A stretch of DNA of 64,000 bases from Phycisphaerae bacterium (GTDB lineage: Bacteria; Planctomycetota; Phycisphaerae; UBA1845), in assembly GCA_963666835.2 (NCBI GenBank), contig CAXXGO010000001.1, forward strand, positions 1,632,001 through 1,696,000, in the 5' to 3' direction. The position numbers were made by a program, and so were the translations under genes. Position 1 is the first letter of the stretch. Every line of letters begins with the position of its first letter. The notes under the pieces were generated by a model. That model was not told where the DNA came from. It did not search any database and saw nothing but the letters and a program-made list of their open reading frames with translations. Positions 38,710 through 49,600 of this stretch are shown here, in pieces.

Positions 38710-40839
38710 ATGCCGCGAATCCCGCGGAACATGACGCCCACGCGATACTATGTACGGTGGGTGATGCTGGTTGCAGCTCTCGTCGGTTTGGGGCTCACGG
38801 CGCGGGCGGCGATTCAGCGCTCCTTCGGCGGCGTGAATGTCGCATCGCTTCTGACTTGCGCGGGGCTGGTCGTCGGCACCTTCCTGATCGACATCAACCT
38901 GACCGGGATAGGTCGGTTCCGCCGCATCGCCACAACCGCGCTGATTACCATTCTGGTCTCCCAAGCGTGTTATCTGCTATTGGTTTGGACGGGGTTCAAG
39001 ACCGAATCGCTGCTCTGGCGCATTTGGTGGGTATCCGCGATAGGTTCGGTCACCGCTACGTATATTCTGGTAATCCGCCGGGCTACTGCGGGGCAGCGCG
39101 GTCTTGTGGCTCGGGGAACCGTGCTCTGTGTGGCGTTGTCCGGTGTGTTGGCTGCCTCGCTGGGTTTACGCCGACATCTGGTGAGCGATATCGATTCGTT
39201 CTATCTGGGTGCGGCCAGCCTCCCACTGGTAGGCGTCGCGGTGGGGACGTTTCTCGCATGGCTCCGCTGGATGGGTAGCCAGGACAAGCCGCCGCGATCG
39301 CCTATGACTCGTGGGGCCAAGATAGCCTGGCTGTGCGGGTCATACGTGGGGGTCCTGATGGTTGGCTTGTACATTGGCCGAGCCGGTACGCCTTCGGGGG
39401 CGACGATTCACGCGGTTCCTTCGGCGTTGCGCACGATGCCCGCCGAGAAGCTCGAGCAGCAGGCGGCCGCCGACCTGGATCGCCTCAAGACGATATTCGC
39501 CGACCTGGACGCGTTGCACGCCGAGGCCGTTTCGTACCAGACGGAGCTTCGGGATCGAATGGCGGGAGACGACCGTGCGTACTACCTTCCCGAAGAGGAG
39601 TACCGGATCCGCTGGTATTTCGTCCAGTTTCTGACTCTGCGGGAAGCTTTGCTGCGTTTGGCTTCGGTCTATGGCGGGTACGAGGCGGTCAGTGACCCGG
39701 GGGCGCGGGCGCGGTGCTTCATCCTCGGCTACACGGCCACGCTGGGCGTATTCCACGCGGGGGCGAATTTCGTACACGCCTACGGCGACCGACCCGAGGA
39801 GCGGCGTAAACTCAACGAGCCGGAGGTGCAGTGGGGCCTGCGCGCCGGGCTCTTCGATGAGATCGAGGAGAGCGTGGTCAGCGAGCGGAACGCGCGGCTT
39901 TGTGCCGAGATGGGTGCATACTATCGGCTCAAGCGCGACGGTTGGCGCCAAGCCGGGGTGTTGCCGGTCGAGGAGTTCGATTGGCTGAGAGCCCGCATCG
40001 AGCACGCCCACGAGTTTGTAGAGACTCACCGGGTAAGCCGATCGAAGGCTTGGTTCGAGCGTATCGTGGAAACCGTCAGACGGGACACCTACGAGCCCGT
40101 TTACGCCGCGCAGTCTCTTTTGGCCGAGCTGATCGGGGATATTCGTATTGTCGAGCGTGCACCGTATGTGGCAATCGACTTCATTGAGGATAAGGTGGCT
40201 CCGCTGCTCGAGCCCGGTGATATTATCCTGGAACGACGCAACTGGTTCCTGTCCAACGCCTTCCTGCCCGGGTTCTGGCCACACGGGGCGTTGTACGTCG
40301 GCACGATGGACGATCTGCGGGAGTTGGGGATCGCCGACGCACCCGAGATCCGCCGGCACGCCGAAGACTACTTGCGACCGGCGGAGGACGGTCGTCCGCG
40401 GGTGGTAATCGAGGCCGTGAGCGAGGGCGTGGTCTTCAACTCCCTGACCCACTCGCTTCATGCCGACTACGTTGCCGTTCTGCGTCCTTGTGTGTCCAAA
40501 GAGCAGAAGGGCGAGGCCATCAAGCGCGCGTTCACGCACTACGGGAAGGACTACGATTTCGAGTTCGATTTCTTCACCTCGGACAAGTTGGTTTGTACGG
40601 AGCTGATCTATCGGGCTTATGAGGGAATCCTCCACTTCGATCTTGCCAGGATAATGGGGCGTGACACGTTCTCGGCGCTCCAGCTTGTCCAGAAATACGC
40701 GGATGAGCGCCGGCGGAACAACCCGGAGCTGGAATTCGTTCTATTCCTCGACGCCGATCCGGCAACCGGACAGGCCAAGTTCGCGGACGAGGACGAGTTC
40801 TGCGCTTCCGCCGATCGCCCCCGCGCGTTCACCGAGTGA
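38710..40839 (+). CDS. Membrane-anchored YiiX/YebB-like permuted papain (NlpC/P60-type) enzyme
   Basis: About seven N-terminal TM helices; LEPGDIIL..PGFWPHGALYVG, VIEAVSEGV, GKDYDFEFDF...LVCTEL (His before Cys, permuted order). Confidence 0.8.
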   Translation: MPRIPRNMTPTRYYVRWVMLVAALVGLGLTARAAIQRSFGGVNVASLLTCAGLVVGTFLIDINLTGIGRFRRIATTALITILVSQACYLLLVWTGFKTESLLWRIWWVSAIGSVTATYILVIRRATAGQRGLVARGTVLCVALSGVLAASLGLRRHLVSDIDSFYLGAASLPLVGVAVGTFLAWLRWMGSQDKPPRSPMTRGAKIAWLCGSYVGVLMVGLYIGRAGTPSGATIHAVPSALRTMPAEKLEQQAAADLDRLKTIFADLDALHAEAVSYQTELRDRMAGDDRAYYLPEEEYRIRWYFVQFLTLREALLRLASVYGGYEAVSDPGARARCFILGYTATLGVFHAGANFVHAYGDRPEERRKLNEPEVQWGLRAGLFDEIEESVVSERNARLCAEMGAYYRLKRDGWRQAGVLPVEEFDWLRARIEHAHEFVETHRVSRSKAWFERIVETVRRDTYEPVYAAQSLLAELIGDIRIVERAPYVAIDFIEDKVAPLLEPGDIILERRNWFLSNAFLPGFWPHGALYVGTMDDLRELGIADAPEIRRHAEDYLRPAEDGRPRVVIEAVSEGVVFNSLTHSLHADYVAVLRPCVSKEQKGEAIKRAFTHYGKDYDFEFDFFTSDKLVCTELIYRAYEGILHFDLARIMGRDTFSALQLVQKYADERRRNNPELEFVLFLDADPATGQAKFADEDEFCASADRPRAFTE

Positions 40840-40985
40840 TTACTGTCGACCCGGCCGCCGTGTCCGGCAGCCGCATTAAGACGGGGTCTGGTTTCGGGCG
40901 GGCTCGCCTATGCAGTATCGAGAGGTGCCTTCGGCGCGGTGCCGGGACCAGGTCTGACTCGGCCGGAGTATGTCGTTGCCCCCGT

Positions 40986-41014
40986 TTGACGGCATCTCCG
41001 CCGATTTCTAGAAT
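40986..41014 (+). promoter_or_regulatory. Sigma70-type promoter of tatC (near-leaderless)
   Basis: TTGACG-N17-TAGAAT ending 8 nt before the tatC ATG; no SD. Confidence 0.6.
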
Positions 41015-41022
41015 CTCAAACC

Positions 41023-42063
41023 ATGTCGGATGAGCCGGAACAACCTGCGGAGAAGGCCGATCCCACGCCGGATGACGGCGAGGTGGATTCGGCACGCATG
41101 TCGTTCGGCGATCACCTCGATGATCTGCGCGGTTGCCTGATTCGCTCGCTGCTGGGGGTGTTGGTGGGGGCCGTTCTCTGCCTGATCTACGGCAAGGAGA
41201 TCCTGGCGATCATCTATCAGCCGTTGTTGGTCGTTCAGCACGCCAACGGCTTGGTGCCGCGGGTGCAGGTGCTGGCTCCTACGGCCGGGTTCATTGCGTA
41301 TCTGAAGATCGGGTTTCTCTCCGGCCTGATTCTGACGATGCCTTGGGTCATATACCAGATCTGGCGGTTCGTTGCGTCCGGGATGTACCCCCGCGAACGA
41401 CGCTTCGTAATGCTGCTAATTCCCGCATCCACGGGCTTGTTCGTCGCCGGCGTGGCGTTTCTGTACATGATCGTTCTGCCGACGGTGCTCAATTTCTTCA
41501 TCAGTTTCAACAACCAGTTCGATACTCCTGATCTGACTCCCGGTGTGTTCCAGGGGTTCCTTCTTCCGGATCCGCCGTCGGTTTCTGACGCCGGAAACGA
41601 GGGACGGGGAATCGTACTACCTATCTTGGGGGGCGATCCAAAGGATGCGGTCGCGGGAGAGGCGTGGATCAACGGGTCTACCAGACGGCTTGTGGTGCAA
41701 ACCGACTCGGGGGTCCTGTCGGTCCCGCTTGACGAAGGCCCCGCCGCCCCGGCGATGCAGAGTCAGTTCGCCCTCGACTTCTACATATCCTTTGTGCTCA
41801 TGCTGGCACTGGCGTTTGGTATTGCCTTCGAGACGCCCATCGTTGTGTTCTTCCTGGCGTGGGCGGGACTCGTGTCGCCCGCAAAGATGGCGGCCGGGCG
41901 ACGCTATGTTCTTCTCGGTATGGTGATCATAGCCGCGGTTTTGACCCCTCCCGATGTCATCAGCCAAATCCTGCTGGCAGGTCCGATGTACATACTGTTC
42001 GAGGCGGGACTGCTCGTAGCCAGGGTCGTTAAGCGCAGGGCGACGACCACGGTCACGGAGTAG
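41023..42063 (+). CDS. tatC: Twin-arginine translocase subunit TatC
   Basis: MSFGDHLDDLR, YQIWRFVASGMYPRERR, FGIAFETP, AAVLTPPDVISQ...PMYILFE. Confidence 0.95.
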   Translation: MSDEPEQPAEKADPTPDDGEVDSARMSFGDHLDDLRGCLIRSLLGVLVGAVLCLIYGKEILAIIYQPLLVVQHANGLVPRVQVLAPTAGFIAYLKIGFLSGLILTMPWVIYQIWRFVASGMYPRERRFVMLLIPASTGLFVAGVAFLYMIVLPTVLNFFISFNNQFDTPDLTPGVFQGFLLPDPPSVSDAGNEGRGIVLPILGGDPKDAVAGEAWINGSTRRLVVQTDSGVLSVPLDEGPAAPAMQSQFALDFYISFVLMLALAFGIAFETPIVVFFLAWAGLVSPAKMAAGRRYVLLGMVIIAAVLTPPDVISQILLAGPMYILFEAGLLVARVVKRRATTTVTE

Positions 42064-42072
42064 ACCGCCCGG

Positions 42073-43020
42073 TCAGGCGAGCTGACCGATCAGCTCTCTG
42101 ACGGAAGCCAGGCCGCGTCGGTCCAAGTAGGCGGTGAGACCGTCGCAGATTCGGCGCGGGGTGTTCGGGTCTACGAAAAGAGCGGTGCCCACAGCTACGG
42201 CCGTAGCTCCTGCCAGCATGAACTCCACCGCGTCGCGCCAGTTGCAGATGCCCCCCATGCCGATCAACGGGACGTTCGCCTTGGCGGCGACCTTGGTATA
42301 AACCTGATGCACCATTTGGATGGCCACGGGTTTCACGGCCGGTCCGGAAAGTCCGCCCGTGCGATTGGCGAGCATCGGTTTCCAGGTCTCGACGTTGACG
42401 GCCATGCCGCGCAAGGTGTTGATTAGCGAAAGGGCGTCCGCGCCACCTTCGATAGCCGCCGCGGCCGTCTCGGTTATGTCTGTCACATTCGGCGAGAGCT
42501 TCACGATCAACCGTGCCCGACTCACTTCGGAGCGAACGGCGGCGACGAGCCGGCGGAGACGCTCGGCGTCGGTTCCGAATTCCAAGCCGTCCGCCACGTT
42601 GGGGCAGGATACATTCAACTCCAGCCCGGAGATGCACGGGATAGGATCCAGCCGCCTGCACACTGCCTGATAGTCTTCGACGCTGTGTCCGACCACATTG
42701 ACGATGACCGGCACCCCTCGCGATTCGTAATACGGGATTCTCTCCTCCACGAATCGATCGAGACCATGGTTGGCCAACCCGATGGCGTTCAGCATGCCGC
42801 CGGGAGTCTCTACGGTCCGCGGGGGTGGGTTTCCGGGACGCGGTTCCACCGATACGGCTTTGGTGACGAACGCGCCGAGCTGGGCAAAGTCGGCATTCTC
42901 GGCGAACTCGGGCCCGTATCCGCTGGTTCCGGAGGCGGTCATGACGGGGTTGGCCAAGGTAAGACCGGCAACGTCGACGGAGAGGCGCCCGACATCGTGT
43001 TTTGCGTTACTTGGGATCAT
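42073..43020 (-). CDS. pyrD: Dihydroorotate dehydrogenase family 1B catalytic subunit
   Basis: NPVMTASGT, GMLNAIGLANHG, ELNVSCPNV, KLSPNVTDI, INTL.GM, GGLSGPAVKP. Start set at ATG 43020. Confidence 0.95.
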   Translation of the reverse strand: MIPSNAKHDVGRLSVDVAGLTLANPVMTASGTSGYGPEFAENADFAQLGAFVTKAVSVEPRPGNPPPRTVETPGGMLNAIGLANHGLDRFVEERIPYYESRGVPVIVNVVGHSVEDYQAVCRRLDPIPCISGLELNVSCPNVADGLEFGTDAERLRRLVAAVRSEVSRARLIVKLSPNVTDITETAAAAIEGGADALSLINTLRGMAVNVETWKPMLANRTGGLSGPAVKPVAIQMVHQVYTKVAAKANVPLIGMGGICNWRDAVEFMLAGATAVAVGTALFVDPNTPRRICDGLTAYLDRRGLASVRELIGQLA

Positions 43021-43133
43021 GGGTGAAACATCGTATTGTGTGAGCTTCCTGTCAACCTCGGGCGCTGTCGTCGTGGCGATGGACTTTAGGAGGGCGTATC
43101 TTACAATGGACCGGTCTCGATCTGGAGCTAACA

Positions 43134-43655
43134 ATGTCAGACGAAAGAGCCCGCATCGCCGTGTTTCCCGGGACCTTCGATCCGCTGACGCACGGCCACC
43201 TTGATATTGTGGCCCGAGCCGCCCGTCTCTACGACAAGTTGATCATCGGGGTCGGCGACAACCCGGTCAAGGAACAGGTTTTCACGCCCGAGGAACGCGT
43301 GGAGATGCTCGTCCAGTACACGTCCGATTACGCCGGCGTGGACGTGCAGATGTACTCGGGGTTGACCGTTGAGTTTGCCCGCAATGCCAACGCCGGCGTC
43401 ATCCTGCGCGGGATTCGCGATACGGTTGACCTGCATGCAGAGCTGGAGTTGGCGATAGGGAACATGATCATGGGCGGGATAGAGACCGTGTTCCTGATGA
43501 CCAGCGGCCAGCACGTGCTCACCTCCAGCACGCTAATCAAGCAGATCGTGGAGATCGGGCACTACGACGTAGATCATCTGACCCGAATCGTCCCTCTGGA
43601 CGTTGCTCGACGCCTTGAAGAACGGCTTCGTTTGCGCAAGAACAAGTCAGTTTGA
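43134..43655 (+). CDS. coaD: Phosphopantetheine adenylyltransferase
   Basis: AVFPGTFDPLTHGHLDI, ILRGIR, ETVFL, SSTLIKQI. Confidence 0.95.
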   Translation: MSDERARIAVFPGTFDPLTHGHLDIVARAARLYDKLIIGVGDNPVKEQVFTPEERVEMLVQYTSDYAGVDVQMYSGLTVEFARNANAGVILRGIRDTVDLHAELELAIGNMIMGGIETVFLMTSGQHVLTSSTLIKQIVEIGHYDVDHLTRIVPLDVARRLEERLRLRKNKSV

Positions 43656-46600
43656 TCCCGTGAAAGCGATCTGGAACGCGGCGAAATCCGGCAGATCCAC
43701 GTCACCGTCCTTGTTGAAGTCGAACGTCGCGGATTTGCTGGAACCGCCGATTCCGGGCCCGTTCCAATGCTCGGTTAACTGGTGGAAGTCTGTCTGATCG
43801 ACGTCCCCGTCAAGATCGCCGTCGCCGGTGGCCGGCTCCAAGGTGCGCAGTATCCGGAAGCCGATCTGGACGTCGGTCAAAGTGGCGGCCGTGTGCGTGC
43901 GAGAGTCGGTTCGCAGGCCGATATGGTCGATGGCGACGTTCCAGCCACCGCCGCGCAGGACTCGGTTGGCCAGATGCCCGCTGTTGCTGACGCGGTCCTG
44001 GATCCACTCGTAAACATTGCCGGTGATGTCGTACAAACCGAAGGCGTTGGCGTCGGCGGTGGTTGTCGTGCCGTCGGACAGCGTATTGGTCCCATCGTAG
44101 AAACCTACCGGCGTTGTGCCTCCGATCGTACAGTCGATCGCGTCCTCGAAGGGGTCGTCGCTGCAGCGGAAGTTCGCGTCCGCGCCGCCGACGATTGCGT
44201 CACGGCCGAAACCGTAGACATGATTTGCGCCCCAGCCGTCGTTGGCACCGACGTCCCACGCCGCGGCTTTGTACCACTCGTTGTACGGACTTGCCGTCAG
44301 GGCGTGGTCATCCATCGGCAGGCGGTATCCGCGGCAGGTCTCCACGAGGTCGGCTCGCTCGGTGCTGTCGAGATCCCGAACCGCCCAGTCGGCGGAGGTG
44401 ATGGCGGTGGAATGCCATCCACCCAGGTCCGTTGCATCGGACTCCGTATAACAGCGGTCGTCCGGCGACATGCCCTGATCCAGCGTCAGCCAATTGCAGT
44501 ACTTGGTCGCCCCGTACCAGCTTACTCCGACCACCGGGTGGTCTGCAAAGCCGCCCTCCGGAGCGAAGGAGCCCCCGGCGTATTGGATGCGGCTCTTCGA
44601 GGCGTCGAACATCAGAGCGTTGGTTGAGGGAGACGTGCCCTCGGCACCGGTGATTTCATCGTGGACGTACACGTCCCCCGCGTTCAGGTCGAAGTACATG
44701 TACTGCCCGCGCTCCGACGTGAGGTTGCTTTTGGCATCGTTGAGGAACTCGGCGAACTCGGCGTTGGTGGTGGGGAATGTGCCCATCACGTACGAGTGAG
44801 TCGGTCCGTTCGGTTGTTCGACGCTACCTAAGATCGACACTTCGCGGGTGACGACGAGCGGTTCCACGATTGTCAGGGTGATCTTGCGTTCCACAGCGAT
44901 GTCCCCGCCGTAATCGAACTTGAGCAGGGCGACGTACGAACCGTCATCCATCACCGCGGCTACGTCGGTCCGAATGGAAACGAGAACCTGAACAGACTCG
45001 CTCTCGGTCAAAGTGCCCCCGGCTTGATCCTGCCCTTCGATAGCCAGCCAGTCGACGGGCGGGTCAGTGGATGCGGTCCAATCCAGAGTCTCTCCCTGGC
45101 CGATGTTCGTAAGGGTGTACTCGGTTGCTGCCGGGGTAAACGGTCCGCCTTCGCGGCCTGTCACCCGCACATTGTCCGTCGGCAGCACGGAGAGGTCACC
45201 ACCGACGGTGAGCCGGACCGTGCGGTATTCAGTGTGTCCGCTGGTAAGATCCGCGAAGGCAACCTCCGTCGAGTGAACGCCGGTGTCCAGGAGGTTCGCA
45301 TCCTCATTGACCGACAGCGTGATCTGCCCGGTGAATCCCGGCAGCAGCGTGTCAGCGTAGGATGACGCGCCGTTGACATCCAACCAGTCCGCATCGGTAA
45401 CGCTGATTTCATAGTAGATGGACGGCGTGCCGATGTTCTCGATTTCGTAGACCGGATCGTCTCCCGAAGCAGCAAACGGCCCCCCGCTGTTTCCGGTCCA
45501 TTCGAAGTCCGGGCTGTCCTCCTGCTCGGCGGGCGAGATGCTCAGCGGGTCTTTGACCGTCAGATTGACCTCCCGCGAGATGCTACTTCCGGCCGTAGTG
45601 TTACGAAAGACGATGGTCTCGGAGTATTCGCCGACCGGGAGTGTCTCAATACTGTCATTAGTTTCGGGAATAACCGTTACCGTATCGTCGGGGTCCCCGT
45701 AGGGCTCCAGGACGCCGGCGATGGACGATCCCCCGTTAAGGTCGAGCCATGCCGCCGTACTCGTCACCGTGTACGCCAGATCGGTACTCGAGAGGTTCAC
45801 GGCCTCGATCGACGTTTGCAGCGGCGGATCGACCGGAACGCTCCAGATTGTCGTGATCTCCCACCCGTCGGGCGAGTCGACGTCGAGCGGCTCGGCCACC
45901 GAAAGGGTGAACGACCTGGTTTCCACGAAGCCGGTGGTCACGTTCTCGAACCGGACCGTGGCAGTGTAGTCGCCCGGGGGGCGAGTGGTGGCGACGGCGT
46001 TAGTCTCGACGTCGACAATGGCTTCGGCTTCGGCCGTCAGTTGTCCGGTGTCCGACGCCGCATCGTTGATGTTCAACCAGCGAGCCCCGGTCTGGGTGAC
46101 CGTCGCGCTCCAGTCCATAGCCGTAGCGGATGTGCTGGTCAGGATGTAACGTGCGAACGCGTTGGTGAACGGTCCCCCGTACATCCCATCGGCGTCGAAC
46201 CCTTCGGCCGGAGCGACCGAAAGAGGCTCGGACAACAGCAGGCGAATCTCACATTCAGTGGTTTCTTCGGTGGTTACGTCGGCAAACTCAATTGTGGCGA
46301 TGTGGTCCAACTTGGCCTGGACAACGCGGAATCCGAGATCTGGTGAGGTCGTGTCCGCGGGGAGGGTCTCCGCGTGATCGGCGCGAAGGGCGGCGTCGGC
46401 GGGGGGGTGACTCCAGTGTCCGCCGCGTACCCCGCGTTCAGTGGGGTGGTCATCAAGGTCCGGGCGAACGTCCTGGACCCATTCCGCGACGTTGCCGGTC
46501 ATGTCATACAGGCCGTAAGCATTATCGTCGGCGTTGGTTTCAAAGTCCGTCCCGTCTCCAATGACGTCTCCGCTGCCGTCGTTGTAGTGTGTGCCGTCAT

Positions 46601-49600
46601 AGAACCCGACCGGAGTCGAGCCGGGTTCGAAGGGGTCGCCGCTGGAATCGAAGTTGGCGTCCTGGTCGGTGATCGGCCCGTTGCGTCCGAAACCGTAAGT
46701 GTGGTTCACCGGATCTGCGGGGGGCCGGTCGTCCCACGTCGCCGCTTTGTACCACTCATTGAAGGCGGCGGAGGTTTCCGTTCCTTGGTCCATGGGTAGC
46801 CGGTACCCGGCGTAATTGCAGACCAGATCCCAGCGTTCGTCGTCATTCAAGTCTCGAGCCGCGGCACGGGGGGTGAGGTAGGTCGTCGTATCGTCCGTTC
46901 CCCACCAATCGCACGTGCTGATGGTAACGGGATGCCAATCGCCCACGTTCGGTCCTTCCGTGTACGCCCGCTGGGTGACGTCCAATCCGGCCTCGAGTGA
47001 CAGCCAATTGCAGTACTTCACCGCGCCGAACCAGCTTACTCCGGTAACGGGGTGTCGGTTGAAGTCTTCCTCCGCCGCGAACGCGGCCGTTTCTTCGTCA
47101 TAGACGAGGTGTTGGCTGTCGGCGGTGGCGAATAGCACAGCGGTAAGTGATCCCGGCCCCGACCCGCGCTCGCCCGTCTCGGTATCGTTGAGATAGACGT
47201 CACCGGTATCGGTGTCGACGTATACGTAATGCCCCCGAGCGTTGGCCGGGTTTGCCATAGCATCATTCAGGAAATCCACAAACTCCGCATTGGTGGTTTC
47301 GAACCGGGCTACTCGGAACGAATAGCCGGGACCGCCCGGTTGTTCGTCGCCGCCGGGAACGGTCGACATATCCACGATCGGGGCGGCGGGCGCCCGCAAT
47401 GCATCGGCTGCATCGTTGATAGACGCGACAACCTCGACGGAGGCATCGGGCGGAACCAGTCCTTCCACGGTCTGCCCGTCGGCGTTCAAGGTCAGCCAGT
47501 CCACATCGACTTCTGCCGTGAACTCGTTGGCCAGCTCTGTGCCCGTGGTGCTCAGAGTGTACACCGGCTCCGCCGAATCGAAGGTGTAGGGGCCTCCGAC
47601 CGGACCGCGGACCGTCAGCGTCTTTTCCGGTGCCACATCGATCGACGTCGAGGACTGGGCTTGCACGATCCGGAATCCCGTGAACGCTCTGGTGGAGCCG
47701 GGATAGTCGGAGTGCCGGGCGGAGTTTGTGAGCAGAAGATCCTGCGCAAGGCTCTGCCAGTTACCGCCGCGCGTTGCTCGGACGGCAGAGCTGGTGCCGT
47801 GATCCTGCATCCACTCGCTTACATTGCCGCACATGTCGTACAAGCCGTACTGGTTGGCCGTGTTCCTTGTCCGCGTTGTGCCGTCGGCAAGCAGGTTCGC
47901 GCCGTCAAACCACCCTACGGGAGAGACGTCATTGTCGAACTCGTCGCCGCTATCCCAGTAATTGGCGTCTGCACCCTCCATCACGTCACGGCCGAAGCCG
48001 TAGACGACGTTTCTACCGATCTCGCCGGGGCAGACCGGCTGGGCGTCGCCGCAGGCGTCTTGCGCGGCGGCCACCCCGTCAGCGCAACCCGGTCCGTCAA
48101 TCGACAACGTGAACGGTCCCGACGTCGTCGTTCGAGTCGCCACGCGAATCCAGTAGGTGACACCTGCCGTCACTTCCACTTCCGCGGAGCCGGTTACGCT
48201 GCAGACTATGTCATTACACGCGGAGCCGGGACAGCCGTCATGCACTGATATCAAATGCCGACTCAGCGGGTCGAACGTCAAGGTCAGCGATAGGGTGCCG
48301 GCCATGTCCGGAGTGTACGTCCACCATAGATCCGCAGCGCTTTCTTGCGGGTCGCAGGAGGCCTCGCCGTCCGAAGTGGCGTCCTCGCTGTCGCCGACTA
48401 AGTCCACGGGCGGAGTCTGATGGACCCAGGCCGCCGCCTTGTACCATTCACTGTATACGGACTCGGACTCTACTCCTCCGTCCATCGGTAGGCGAAAGCC
48501 GGCGAGGGCTCTCAGGTCTTCCCGCTCGGTGTCGTTCAAGTCGCGCACGGCCCAGTCGGCTGCCGAAATGGTAGTCGGATGCCAGTCTTCCGGCACGGCG
48601 CCCTCCGTGTAGACTCGTTGGGACGGGAGCATTCCCTGGCGGACCGTAAGCCAATTGCAGAACTTGGCCGCGCCGTACCAGCTCACGCCGGTAACCGCGT
48701 CATCCTCCGTGTCCGCGAGTACCCAGTACTGTCCTGCGTCGAAGTAGATCTGTCCGCCGTCTGCCGCATCGAACAGCAGCGTCCCGTTTCCCTCCGTGCC
48801 CTCCGCCCCGGTTTCCGCAGAGTGCAGATACACATTGCCGGAATCGGTGTCGTGGTACATCCAGTGGCCGCGCCAATCGCCGGGGTTGAGGTAGGCGTCG
48901 TTAAGAAACGCCAGGAACTCCGTGTTGCGGATCTCGTGGACCCCGATGCGAAAGGAATGCTCCGGCCCGCCGGGTTGCGGGTCGTCCGCGCGGACAATCG
49001 CCATGTCAATCGTCAAAGGAGCAAGTCCGACGGTGACCAGCACCGGTCGGTTGGTGGATGCCCCGGTAGCCAGGTCGCGAAACTCCACGTATGCAGAGTG
49101 AATCTCGCCGATCGGCAGGGCGTTGATCCCCGGCGTGCTGAGGGTAACGGCAATATCGGTGCTCAAGGTCGGGGCGATTGTTCCTTCGGCCATGACCCCG
49201 CCGTTAATCAGAACCCAGTCTTCCGTGGCAGTGGCGCGCCAATCCAACAGGCTGTCGGAGTTGTTTGTTATCGTGTAGACCTTGGCATCGGGGAAGAAGG
49301 GGCCCCCGGCCGGTCCCGACGACGCCAGACCATCCGTAGGCTCCACCCACAATACCCCCGTGACTTCGGCGGCAACCTGGCGAGTTGTGATCGTCGCCGA
49401 GTTCCGTTTCACATAGAGCGTTGCGGTATGGTCGCCAAGGGCCAGAGTGGTGGCATTGTCGTTGAGGGTCACGGTTACGACCACGCTTTCGAACGGCGCC
49501 AGGGTGCCGCCGGCGGTCAAGTCGCCGTCGCAGTCCACCCAGCCTACGTTGGAGGACACCTCCCACTCGAAGGCGTCGGGAGACCGGCTGGTGATTGTGA

